A DNA stretch of 64,000 nucleotides. It comes from a virus. Below, one piece after another: positions 50,725 through 60,362 of this stretch (positions within the stretch are counted from its first letter, which is position 1; every line of letters begins with the position of its first letter). The notes beneath the pieces were generated by a model. That model was not told the origin of the DNA. It searched no databases and saw only the letters and a program-made list of their open reading frames with translations. The stretch spans positions 1-64,000 of the IMG/VR virus record IMGVR_UViG_3300025425_000010. The stretch is one strand, 5' to 3'. A program made the position numbers and the translations under genes.

Positions 50725-52555
50725 AGACAGATATAAAAAATTAGATGAAATATCACATCTACTATTAAGACCATCCATGTATATTGGATCAATTAAAACA
50801 CAAACTTTAAAGAAATATGTTTTGGATGATGGTAAAATGATTCAAAAAGAAATTACCTATAGTCCTGGATTTTTAAAATTATTTGATGAAATTATAATGA
50901 ACTCAATCGATGAGAGTAAGAGAATTCGAACCAAACTGAATATTATAAAAATAAATATAGATTTGGATACTAATAATATATCTATATATGATAATGGTGG
51001 AATGCCTGTCGTAAAACACAAGGAATATAAGGAATGGATACCTGAACTTGTATTTTCTTCATTTAGGGCTGGATCCAACTTTAATGAAGATGAATCAAGA
51101 ACTTGGGCAGGAACTAACGGTGTTGGATCAGTTATTACTAATGTATTTTCCAAAAAATTCAAAATAACAACATGTGATGGTAAGAATAAATTCTCACAAA
51201 CATTCTCAGATAACATGGGAAAGAGGTCAAAACCATCAGTATCCAAGTCCAAAAAGGGACACACTGAAATATCATATATTACAGATTTTGAAAAATTCGG
51301 AATGAAGAAGATTGACCAATATCATTTACTTATTATACAAAAAAGGATAATTGATATTGCTGGATGTAATCCCAAACTCAAAATATATTTCAATGGTGAT
51401 CTATTTCCAATAAAAACCTTTGAGGATTATATAAAGTTATATAATAGTGATGTGTTATTTGAGGAGAATAAACAGAAAACATGGTCTATCGGGTTGTGTG
51501 TATCGGGAGAAGGATTTCAACAAATATCATTCGTCAATTCCATTGAAACGTATGATGGTGGGTCACATGTGGATTATGTATTGAACCAGATATTATCAAA
51601 GGTTCGAGAACATTTCAAGAAAAAATACAAAGTCGATGTAAAGCCATCTGAAATAAAAAATCATCTAATGTTTTTTCTTGATGCGGAGGTTATTAATCCA
51701 AGTTTTAATTCACAAACAAAAGAGAAATTAATTACAGAGTCTAAAGATTTTGGAACAGAATATATAGTTAGTGATAAGTTAATTAAATCAATACTTGATT
51801 CAGAGATAGTTGAATCAATACTAGACTGGATATCACGTAAGAAAATAGCTGATGAAAATAAATTAGCTAGGAATTTGAATAAGAGTCTTCTTAAGAAGAA
51901 AGTAGATAAACTCATCGATGCTAAGGGTAAAACTCGTTGGAAATGTAGTCTTGGAATTTTTGAGGGGGATTCAGCCACCTCGGCATTTCGTAAATATAGA
52001 ACACCCGAAACGATGGGTGCTTTCGCCTTGAAGGGTAAGTTTATGAATGTTACTGACATATCGAGTGATAAATTCGTTAATAATGCCGAGGTAGTCAATT
52101 TGATGGGTGCTATTGGGTTGAAATTGGGTAAAGAGCCAGAACTTAAAAATCTTAGGTATGGTAGAATATTGATATATTCTGATGCTGATGTTGATGGTAG
52201 TTCGATTACAGCACTACTTATTAACTTTTTTTACCGTTACTGGCCCAAACTATTTGACATGAATATGATATATAAAGTAGAAACTCCCATAGTAGTTGCT
52301 AGTAAGAAAGGTAGTAAAACGAAATCTTTATTCTACACACAAGATGAATACAAATCTTGGTTGAAGAAGGTTAATATTTCGAACTGGGAGGTTAAGTATA
52401 AGAAGGGTCTGGCTGCATTGGTTGATGATGAGTATAATGAAATTATAAACAAACCTCGATTAGTCAGAATAGATTCAACTAAGAAGTCAGAGGATTATTT
52501 GGACATTTGGTTCGGTAAAGACTCTGACCTTAGAAAAAAAGAAATGTTGAAATAA
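50711..52555 (+). CDS. Type IIA topoisomerase subunit B (T4 gp39+60/GyrB-like)
   Basis: RPSMYIGS, EIIMNSIDE, DNGG, GTNGVG, EGDSA, LKGK, DADVDG, YKKGL. Confidence 0.95.
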   Translation: MKKIEDRYKKLDEISHLLLRPSMYIGSIKTQTLKKYVLDDGKMIQKEITYSPGFLKLFDEIIMNSIDESKRIRTKLNIIKINIDLDTNNISIYDNGGMPVVKHKEYKEWIPELVFSSFRAGSNFNEDESRTWAGTNGVGSVITNVFSKKFKITTCDGKNKFSQTFSDNMGKRSKPSVSKSKKGHTEISYITDFEKFGMKKIDQYHLLIIQKRIIDIAGCNPKLKIYFNGDLFPIKTFEDYIKLYNSDVLFEENKQKTWSIGLCVSGEGFQQISFVNSIETYDGGSHVDYVLNQILSKVREHFKKKYKVDVKPSEIKNHLMFFLDAEVINPSFNSQTKEKLITESKDFGTEYIVSDKLIKSILDSEIVESILDWISRKKIADENKLARNLNKSLLKKKVDKLIDAKGKTRWKCSLGIFEGDSATSAFRKYRTPETMGAFALKGKFMNVTDISSDKFVNNAEVVNLMGAIGLKLGKEPELKNLRYGRILIYSDADVDGSSITALLINFFYRYWPKLFDMNMIYKVETPIVVASKKGSKTKSLFYTQDEYKSWLKKVNISNWEVKYKKGLAALVDDEYNEIINKPRLVRIDSTKKSEDYLDIWFGKDSDLRKKEMLK

Positions 52556-53004
52556 TGTCATTACTACACCATGGCGGTTCATTTTTTTCTCCGCTAGTAC
52601 ATAATAATCAATATGAGTTTGACCTTATCGATACGGATAATGATATTTTTATATCTAGTATGTGGCCGAATAAGATAAAGTATGTGTCTAGAAAAAAAAG
52701 AGACCGAATAAAACTATCATACCTCATAAAAGAGAAAGATTTACAAAAATCACCAATATCAACTCTATTTAAGAATATATTTTCTGGATTATTAAGCATA
52801 TGTGATGATAAAGGATTAGTAATTCATCATGAATTATTATACATGGAGTTCCATAGTTCCGAAGTGAATATGTTTGGTGATCATATTGGTATTCTGACCT
52901 TTGATGTAATCTTCGAAATAACGAAAACTGAATTAATTGATTTAGATTATAAACTTAATCGTGAAAAACTCATAAGAAAGTATAAATTAGATAAGTTAAT
53001 TTGA
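52555..53004 (+). CDS. Hypothetical protein with C-terminal motif
   Basis: Ends IRKYKLDKLI. Confidence 0.7.
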   Translation: MSLLHHGGSFFSPLVHNNQYEFDLIDTDNDIFISSMWPNKIKYVSRKKRDRIKLSYLIKEKDLQKSPISTLFKNIFSGLLSICDDKGLVIHHELLYMEFHSSEVNMFGDHIGILTFDVIFEITKTELIDLDYKLNREKLIRKYKLDKLI

Positions 53005-53014
53005 TTATCACTAA

Positions 53015-53335
53015 ATGATCAGAGACCGACAGTGGAGAAGACATATTAAAGAGATGTCACAAAGGCGTAATTATACGGTATATAGACGCTTTTATAACTA
53101 TTATGATATTAATGGTGTTAGGCGAGAACACCCTCATTGGTTTGAGTGTATAGGTGATAAATCCTTTCATGGTAGTCCACACAGTAGGTATAATGTTAAA
53201 TATTCACCAAATACACTTGGGAAATATAGAGATTATAAAAAAAAGAATGGTGGGTTTTCTACTGGGTTGAGGGAGAAAGATAAAATTATGTATAAGAATA
53301 TTATAGAAGACATACTTTATGAAATGGGAAGATAG
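53015..53335 (+). CDS. Basic hypothetical protein
   Basis: ORF. Confidence 0.65.
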   Translation: MIRDRQWRRHIKEMSQRRNYTVYRRFYNYYDINGVRREHPHWFECIGDKSFHGSPHSRYNVKYSPNTLGKYRDYKKKNGGFSTGLREKDKIMYKNIIEDILYEMGR

Positions 53336-53864
53336 ATATGTAGATGGACCTGATTACACCATTAAAGACGATGTTGTTTTTGTTCTTAAGAATTTCGTAC
53401 AGATAACCTTGTTCCGTAAAATTGATGATAAACGTGTTCAGGTTTCTTTTGATAGAAGAGTAGTAAATTTTATTAAGAGAGAGATTTTACACCTTATTAA
53501 ACACGATGTAGAATTTGAATTTATATCACCTATGATGTTTGATCCTAAGTTTATGAGAAGAGATTATGATATTATATACAGGGAAAATTTGAGAAATATG
53601 TTAGAGAACTATCGATTCAAAACATTCTTTCTATTTTTCAAAAAGCATAATATTAATTTTATGTCAAAATTAGTAATTTATGTAAATGAAACAGACACTC
53701 ATCAAATATTTGATGAGGAATTTGATAAGGTCAACAAGTCAGTACAAAAAGCCCATCAGGATTGGTTTTATAATGGTCCTGTTACCTATTTGGATTCGGA
53801 AGAAATCCGTGATTTTTTTTCATCGTTTAAACGGAATATGAAATTAACACAGATACTTTTATGA
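53319..53864 (+). CDS. Hypothetical protein with C-terminal motif
   Basis: Ends KRNMKLTQILL. Confidence 0.7.
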   Translation: MKWEDRYVDGPDYTIKDDVVFVLKNFVQITLFRKIDDKRVQVSFDRRVVNFIKREILHLIKHDVEFEFISPMMFDPKFMRRDYDIIYRENLRNMLENYRFKTFFLFFKKHNINFMSKLVIYVNETDTHQIFDEEFDKVNKSVQKAHQDWFYNGPVTYLDSEEIRDFFSSFKRNMKLTQILL

Positions 53865-54793
53865 AATGGAATACGAATTTAGTTGAGTTATGGAATGATG
53901 ATATTCGGTTGCGAAGAGATGGAAAACTTCGTGATTTACTCGATAAGGGTAGTCTTGAATTACCCAAGGGTAGTCCATACATCGACCAAACCACTTTAAG
54001 ATCAACAGATAATTTCGAATATAATGAGTTGGAAGTTGATGAGATGCTTAAAGTATTTAGTAATTTCGATAGATTGATTGAGAACCATATAACCATAGAA
54101 AATTCTAAAATTAAACTAAGGGGATATCAGAAGGATATGCTTGATAAATTACACTTATCTTCGTTTGAAATTGTATGTCATTCTCGACAACTTGGTATGT
54201 CTATGATGTTGAGGTTATATATATTACGTTGTGTGTGTGTGGGAAAAGATGTTGTGGTTATATGTAATAATAATTTTGTGAGAGTTGATGATATAAAGAA
54301 ATTTAAAGAATTATTAGAAAGCCTACCATATTACATGCAACCGGCTTTGAAATCTCGTAGTAAGAATAATTTCATATTTTATAAATCGAAGGTTGTTTTT
54401 ACGAACAGTACCCTTGGGCATGAGGAAACGACTGTTATGATATTTTCAGATGCTGCTTTCAATACTAAATTTCAACTACAATTTGAGAAAACCGTGACAA
54501 TTAGAAGGGTTTCTATTAAAAAAGATTTACAAACAATGGTATTTTCCGGATCGAACATAGGTTCGTATTTCAATAAGTTTTTCCTTTTTGAAAAAAATAA
54601 TCCGTGGAATACTAGCTATTCAAATTTCAATAGAACAATTTTAACACATAACGTAGTTACTCGTAAAGAAAATTGGGAAGATAATCTACGTGGAATCATT
54701 GGTGATAAACAGTTTCTCATTCAATATTCTTGTTGTATGGATGAAAAAATATTAAATAGATACGATGTGCTTAGAAATATCTTAAACAAATGA
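53861..54793 (+). CDS. Degenerate terminase-large-subunit ATPase-like protein
   Basis: LRGYQKDML and SRQLGMS resemble the T4 gp17 adenine-binding and Walker A motifs. SDAAF sits at Walker B. No nuclease domain. Confidence 0.65.
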   Translation: MKWNTNLVELWNDDIRLRRDGKLRDLLDKGSLELPKGSPYIDQTTLRSTDNFEYNELEVDEMLKVFSNFDRLIENHITIENSKIKLRGYQKDMLDKLHLSSFEIVCHSRQLGMSMMLRLYILRCVCVGKDVVVICNNNFVRVDDIKKFKELLESLPYYMQPALKSRSKNNFIFYKSKVVFTNSTLGHEETTVMIFSDAAFNTKFQLQFEKTVTIRRVSIKKDLQTMVFSGSNIGSYFNKFFLFEKNNPWNTSYSNFNRTILTHNVVTRKENWEDNLRGIIGDKQFLIQYSCCMDEKILNRYDVLRNILNK

Positions 54794-54806
54794 CTTAAAA
54801 TACCTT

Positions 54807-54928
54807 ATGAACTACACCAGTATATACTTCTCCCTTTTAAACTTTTTTCAAAAACTAATATATAATTAATCAATTGTGTCTTTTATCACACACACACTTC
54901 GTGATGAGTGTGTTTTACGACACGTTAT
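54807..54928 (-). mobile_element. Diverged IS200/IS605 MITE (copy E)
   Basis: TTTAT|ATAACGTGTCGTAAAACACAC hairpin ... GGTGTAGTTCAT. Confidence 0.65.
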
Positions 54929-54950
54929 ATAAAAAGAAAACATAATTGAT

Positions 54951-55928
54951 ATGTTACTTAATTTAATATTAGATGGAAACTACATTTTATCAAAACTAGT
55001 GTTCACATTACACAAAAATAACCTATTATATGGAGCTCTTGACCAAGCGTTGGAGAATTCATTTAAAAACTACCGTAAATGGTATCCATTTCATCAAATC
55101 TACTTGGTTAGTGATTCAAAAGAGAAGTCATGGAGAAAACAACTTAATAACAAATATAAAGATACTCGTAAGAAAGATTCCGCCATCGATTGGGGGTTTG
55201 TATATGATACATATAATGCCTTTAAAGAAAGGCGTAATTTGATAAAAGTACTTGAATATCCTAGAGTTGAGGGTGATGATTGGATTGCTTTGATTTGTGA
55301 AAAAACTAACCTAAGAGGAGAATCAAATCTTATTGTAACAAATGACCATGATATAAAACAATTATTAAGATTTAATTTGAATGAGGGTTGGATGAATTTT
55401 ATGTCAAATGAAATGTATAATAATAAGAATATTTTCATGCCTAAGAACTACAAGATGTTGTTATCACAAGTCCGTGATAAGCCAAATGAAGATATATTCA
55501 ATATGAATGATGATTCTACATTTTTAAAATTATGTGAAGATTTATCAAAGAAATACAAAACAAACGAAGTTGATTGGACTCAATCACTAGTCACTAAGAT
55601 AATTTCTGGTGATGTATCTGATAATATAAAATCGGTGTATGTTTCTAAAACCTCCACTGGGAAGGTGAGAGGTATCGGTGCAACTGGTGCTCAGACTATA
55701 TTTGGTCAGTATATTAGAGAGTTTGGTGAAATAGATATGGAAGACCCAGACTTGGCTGAGAACATAGGTGACATAATCTGTGAGAAGAAGAAGATATCAA
55801 AAACTGAGATTGTTAATATATCAAAAAGAGTTGAAGAGAACAGGAAAATGGTTCAGTTGAGAACTGAATTCTTCCCAGTTGATATTAGAGATGTGTTAGA
55901 AGAAAAATGGACCAATGTAGATGCTTAA
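54951..55928 (+). CDS. 5'-3' exonuclease / T4 RNase H-like
   Basis: LILDGN, VSDSK..SWRK..YK..R, VEGDD, NDHD..QL, GDVSDNI. Confidence 0.85.
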   Translation: MLLNLILDGNYILSKLVFTLHKNNLLYGALDQALENSFKNYRKWYPFHQIYLVSDSKEKSWRKQLNNKYKDTRKKDSAIDWGFVYDTYNAFKERRNLIKVLEYPRVEGDDWIALICEKTNLRGESNLIVTNDHDIKQLLRFNLNEGWMNFMSNEMYNNKNIFMPKNYKMLLSQVRDKPNEDIFNMNDDSTFLKLCEDLSKKYKTNEVDWTQSLVTKIISGDVSDNIKSVYVSKTSTGKVRGIGATGAQTIFGQYIREFGEIDMEDPDLAENIGDIICEKKKISKTEIVNISKRVEENRKMVQLRTEFFPVDIRDVLEEKWTNVDA

Positions 55929-56247
55929 CATTGATAGCTGGGAACAATTTGTCACACAATTGTATGGACTCACCAATACTAAATTGATTAAATTTACAGC
56001 ATATTATATAAGTTCATCAAGTGGTTTTACTAAAGGTAATATGATTCTACTACATAGTAAATTTGATATGATTAGAAAGACTCCTATACCACTAGATGGT
56101 GAGGTGTTGGAGAGTTCTGAGTTGTTAGAATGGGATTCTTTTATAACATATGACCAACTTTTTGATATTTTTCCAATAGAATTCCTTGAAAAGTATGATA
56201 TGATGATGGTACGTAACTGGAAGATTAAAAAACTTATTGATGAGTAA
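55921..56247 (+). CDS. Hypothetical protein with C-terminal motif
   Basis: Ends VRNWKIKKLIDE. Confidence 0.7.
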   Translation: MLNIDSWEQFVTQLYGLTNTKLIKFTAYYISSSSGFTKGNMILLHSKFDMIRKTPIPLDGEVLESSELLEWDSFITYDQLFDIFPIEFLEKYDMMMVRNWKIKKLIDE

Positions 56248-56632
56248 TTTACTAGAAATAACAAATTCTATATTCAAATATAGATCAAATTGGTCTAAAA
56301 TAACCGATGAGGATAAAGAAAAGAACGCTTTCATAATTAATAGGTTTCTGTCGAAGACATACCCTAGACGAGCTATGATGCTCAATCTCAAAACACAAAA
56401 TCTAGTAAGTACTATGAATATATGGTACTACTTCATGGCTGATGAACGATATCCAAAAGATTTTTGGTCTAAATCACCTAAAATAAAGGATAATATTGTT
56501 GGGAAAGATAAACAGTTATTGATTGAAAAATTACAACTGGATAAGAAAGAAGACCTTGAATACTTAATCGAACATCATCCAGACCTAATTAAAGAAGAAC
56601 TTAAATGGTTAAAGAAAAATAAAAGAAATTAA
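56237..56632 (+). CDS. Hypothetical protein, possibly clamp-loader small subunit (gp62)-like
   Basis: FIINRFLS motif, size and replication-gene context. Confidence 0.4.
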   Translation: MMSNLLEITNSIFKYRSNWSKITDEDKEKNAFIINRFLSKTYPRRAMMLNLKTQNLVSTMNIWYYFMADERYPKDFWSKSPKIKDNIVGKDKQLLIEKLQLDKKEDLEYLIEHHPDLIKEELKWLKKNKRN

Positions 56633-56661
56633 ACTAAAATTATAAACTGAATAGAAGAAAT

Positions 56662-57204
56662 ATGGATAATACAAGAAATATGCAATGGTACGCCATTAAG
56701 ACACAAAATAGTAAAGAAGTATTTGTACTCGAAAGAATCAAATCCGAACTTGATGGAGATGGATTGGCTTATGTGCTGGGTGAATCAATAATACCTATGG
56801 AGAAAAACCTATCTATTAAAGGTGGTAAAAAGGTTATTAAAGATAAAATCGTGATGCCAGGATACATTTTCTTAGAGACTACGGCAACCGGAGAAGTTAA
56901 TAGGGTTATGAGAAACATCACTGGTGCTGGTGGATTTTTAAAGGGTAGAGATGGTCGAATTGAAAGGATGAGACAGATAGAGGTTGATAAACTTTTCAAA
57001 GACCACAAAGAAGAACAAGAATTAGACATCTCTAGTCTTTACATCGTTGATGAGAAAGTGAAAGTAACAGACGGAGCTTTTTCAACATTCATAGGTAAAG
57101 TAACCGATGTTGATTCTAATCAACAGAAATTGAAACTACAAATTGAGATTTTTGGTAGAGTAACTGATATTGAGTTAAATTTTGAACAAGTAGAGAAAAC
57201 ATAA
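56662..57204 (+). CDS. nusG: Transcription termination/antitermination factor NusG
   Basis: NGN domain (WYAI..KE, PGYIFLE, GAGGF) and KOW domain (VKVTDGAFSTFIGKV, IFGR.T.IEL.FEQVEK). Confidence 0.93.
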   Translation: MDNTRNMQWYAIKTQNSKEVFVLERIKSELDGDGLAYVLGESIIPMEKNLSIKGGKKVIKDKIVMPGYIFLETTATGEVNRVMRNITGAGGFLKGRDGRIERMRQIEVDKLFKDHKEEQELDISSLYIVDEKVKVTDGAFSTFIGKVTDVDSNQQKLKLQIEIFGRVTDIELNFEQVEKT

Positions 57205-57248
57205 ATGTGTCTAAAATTTAATATGTAAACATAAATAGAAATTGTGTT

Positions 57249-57590
57249 ATGTTGATTATTAAAAAGAAGCAAGATTTGAGAGGTCGTAGATTTGGTAGAC
57301 TTGAGGTTATTGAATTAATTGAGTTTGATGAAAGTCATAAACGTAACCATAAATGGCTTACTAATTGTGATTCCAAACCGTCATGTGTTAAAAAAACAAG
57401 AACTAAGAATACTCAGGAAATTATCTATAATGGTATTGATAGGGTAGATAATGAAATTGGTTATGAAATTGGGAATGTCGTGCCTTGTTGTAAAATGTGT
57501 AATATATCGAAACATGCGTATCATGTTGATGAATTTTATGAATGGGTAGTTAGTGTATATAATAATTTGAAGAGTAAAGAAATAATATGA
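57249..57590 (+). CDS. HNH endonuclease, probably internally deleted
   Basis: RFGRL.VI..W.TNCD, then GIDRVDN..GY...NVVPCC..CN..K. Confidence 0.7.
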   Translation: MLIIKKKQDLRGRRFGRLEVIELIEFDESHKRNHKWLTNCDSKPSCVKKTRTKNTQEIIYNGIDRVDNEIGYEIGNVVPCCKMCNISKHAYHVDEFYEWVVSVYNNLKSKEII

Positions 57591-58348
57591 TGTTGGTATC
57601 TATTAATAAAGTATATGGTAATTGTAAGGTATTATCACCTGATGGTGAACTTATGTTTCTGTGTCGTGAGAAAAAGGTTAATTGGTATTTGAAAAGGGAA
57701 TTGGCTTATACGGTTGATGATAATCCTATCACAATACAATTGAATTTTGAGCCGAATGGTAAAGGTTACCATGGTAGTGATTGGGGTTTGTCCGAAATGC
57801 ATAACAGATGTGTTAATTGTGGTGAAGGTGATAAAATTAATAGACATCATGTGGTGCCTTATTGCTATCGTAAATTCTTCACAACTAAATTAAAGTCACA
57901 TAATTCACATGATGTATTACTGATGTGCCCGGATTGCCATGATGCGTATGAGAGAAAGGCTGATGTTCTAAAATTGAAGTTATCTAAGATATATGATTCT
58001 CCTTTATCGGGATCGAATATTTTTGATAGAGAGAGTTCAAAGATGAAAAGATTGGTTAGTTGTATCGTAAATCACTCTAATGATATTCCTGATGAAAAAC
58101 TAAAAGAGATAAAACAAAATATACTAAATAACTACGGTTGGAAACGACTTACAAATAAGAGAATTGATTGGATTAATTCAATAAAGACTCATCGGAATTT
58201 AAAGACTCATGGTGAGATGGTGTGTGAGAAGATAGATGATTATCAAGTATTTATAAAAATGTGGAGAACTCATTTTGTGAATAATAATACTTGTGAGTAT
58301 TTGCCAGAGAATTGGTCAATAGATTATGAACATATTGTACAGAAATGA
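57587..58348 (+). CDS. HNH-like protein resembling the C-terminal domain of eukaryotic EXD2
   Basis: YGNC..LSPDG...C..KK..WYL, CV.CG...RHHVVP..YRK.F....KSHNSHDVLLMC..CH, WR.HF....LP..WS.D. Confidence 0.75.
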   Translation: MMLVSINKVYGNCKVLSPDGELMFLCREKKVNWYLKRELAYTVDDNPITIQLNFEPNGKGYHGSDWGLSEMHNRCVNCGEGDKINRHHVVPYCYRKFFTTKLKSHNSHDVLLMCPDCHDAYERKADVLKLKLSKIYDSPLSGSNIFDRESSKMKRLVSCIVNHSNDIPDEKLKEIKQNILNNYGWKRLTNKRIDWINSIKTHRNLKTHGEMVCEKIDDYQVFIKMWRTHFVNNNTCEYLPENWSIDYEHIVQK

Positions 58349-58881
58349 AAAAAAAAGAAAAAAAAGAAAAATTGTTAGTATCGTCTCTCGATAGTTATAG
58401 AGAGAAACGAATACATAGAGTTGATAGAAATTGTTTAAGTTCGTTGAAGATACTGTTTTATAATTCGAAACTTGATAGTAATACATCGATTGCTTGTCTT
58501 CACCCAAAGTACTGGTGGGATAGTATAATCGATGTTTTTTATGATAACGTTACTTATGTCCAGTGTGACTTCGATGTGGCTATGGAAAAATTAGTACCAG
58601 ATACTAAATCATCTGAAGTATATTATCGACAGGTTACTACTAATTATGTCTGTGAAAATATTGATTTCGATACAATCGATGAGATGTGTCTATGGTTCAA
58701 AAAGAACAAATTTAACAACATATCTTTATATCGGATGGTTAAAAAAGTTGATATGCAGATATTGAAAGAATGGTATAGTGTAACGTATACATTCATAGTA
58801 GATAAACAAGAATCTAGAAATAATAAGATAGAACACATTATGGATAATGGTGAAGCTGATTATGAAAATTTACCATTTTAA
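58345..58881 (+). CDS. Hypothetical protein with near-C-terminal motif
   Basis: SRNNKIEHIM; ends in LPF. Confidence 0.7.
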   Translation: MKKKEKKEKLLVSSLDSYREKRIHRVDRNCLSSLKILFYNSKLDSNTSIACLHPKYWWDSIIDVFYDNVTYVQCDFDVAMEKLVPDTKSSEVYYRQVTTNYVCENIDFDTIDEMCLWFKKNKFNNISLYRMVKKVDMQILKEWYSVTYTFIVDKQESRNNKIEHIMDNGEADYENLPF

Positions 58882-59187
58882 TAAAATAAAAATAAAATGG
58901 AATTAAATCAAAATTATCCTTACATTTACAAAAACTAAAACAATAAATATGAAAAATTTATTAATAGTACTAGCATTAACATCATTCACGTTCATAGGGT
59001 GTGAGGAAAGAGAGATGGGAACACCTAATCAGAATCAACAAAATTATAGTATCACCCGGTGTTGATATCAATATCTAACATATATGAGTTCGTTCTTATA
59101 TGCTCGTTCATCGAATAATTATAAGGGTAATAGTACGAACGCTAGTAGATTGAGAGCTATTGTGAATGATATTAAGATAATAGACGT

Positions 59188-59703
59188 TTAAATAATCTTG
59201 TCAAGTTTATTGTTTCTGCTTGATTTAAGGTCTATACATCCATCCCACTCATTAACATTTTCTATTTTACTCATTAATATTTGTTTATCATTAACATAGT
59301 CTTTTATTTTCTCACTTATTAGTTTTTGGAAATCCGTATCGTCTGTATATTTTGATGAGTTGCTAATAACTTTAGACGTAAATAATCCTATTTTAATGAT
59401 ACTAAACGTATATTTTGTGTAGACCATCCATAAATCATCACACGAATCGCCTTTTATTTTCTTAAATCTATTTTTGAGAATTATGGCTTGTAAAAACAGG
59501 AAAGGTGTTCCGTAACCTTTGGGTCCAGCAGGTAAGATGGCAATACCAGTTAATATGAGAAATATTACAAGATATGATATAATACCTACAATTAACTGAG
59601 ATGCTAATGGTATTTCTAGTTGAGCCATTAGATAACTAATCCATATTATGTGTGTTAAATAGTATAGTAGGGATGTGAGCATATGTATGTTTAAATCTTT
59701 CAT
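59188..59703 (-). CDS. Membrane protein with C-terminal motif
   Basis: N-terminal transmembrane helices; ends SRNNKLDKII. Confidence 0.7.
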   Translation of the reverse strand: MKDLNIHMLTSLLYYLTHIIWISYLMAQLEIPLASQLIVGIISYLVIFLILTGIAILPAGPKGYGTPFLFLQAIILKNRFKKIKGDSCDDLWMVYTKYTFSIIKIGLFTSKVISNSSKYTDDTDFQKLISEKIKDYVNDKQILMSKIENVNEWDGCIDLKSSRNNKLDKII

Positions 59704-59760
59704 CTTGTAAATATAGTGGAAAATTTCAAAATATAGTAATTTATTTTCAATATATAGTAT

Positions 59761-60345
59761 ATGGATATTTTAAAATATAGTGAATTTATTACTGAGAATT
59801 ACCAAGACTCACCAGAAGAGTATATAAAAAATGCTCTTGTTAAAATCCAGAAACGGGTCGAAGGTCTTTTTGCCGAGCAAGAGGATGATGGTACCGAAGA
59901 TGGTGATGAAGAGAATGATGAGGAAGTAATGACTATTGGTCAGGCAATGAAAAAAGGTGAGGAGAAAGAAAAAAAGAATTCCAAAATGTCATTAACTGAT
60001 ATGGGTCTTCGGTTAGAGTCTTCGGAATCTAGTAATTATTCTGCTATTTTAGATAATGTTAGTATGAAATTCTCTGATGAGGATGGATGGTATAGTCTGT
60101 TCATAGGTATCTCACTCGAAGAAGCAAAGCCAGAAGATAGTGAGAAAGATTTCTCTGATGAAGATATAAAGGAATGTTCGGTTAAATTTAAGAAGTATAA
60201 TCTCGATGATAATCTTGTTGGTGTAATTGGACCAAGAACTGTTAAATGTGATGATGTGAATGAGGAAATGCTTGTAAATCTAAAAATTGAATTGGATGAA
60301 GATTCTGGTGGTGAGAATGAAGGCATAGGAATAGAGACTGAGTAA
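59761..60345 (+). CDS. Acidic protein with N-terminal tag
   Basis: Starts MDILKYSEFITE, with AATATATAG upstream. Confidence 0.75.
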   Translation: MDILKYSEFITENYQDSPEEYIKNALVKIQKRVEGLFAEQEDDGTEDGDEENDEEVMTIGQAMKKGEEKEKKNSKMSLTDMGLRLESSESSNYSAILDNVSMKFSDEDGWYSLFIGISLEEAKPEDSEKDFSDEDIKECSVKFKKYNLDDNLVGVIGPRTVKCDDVNEEMLVNLKIELDEDSGGENEGIGIETE

Positions 60346-60362
60346 CGATACATATATATTAC

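Noticed and set aside
58949-59190. Short lipoprotein-like ORF (MKNLLIVLALTSFTFIGC) with a downstream out-of-frame segment
   Set aside because: Only 38 codons; probably a decayed gene, and no product can be supported.
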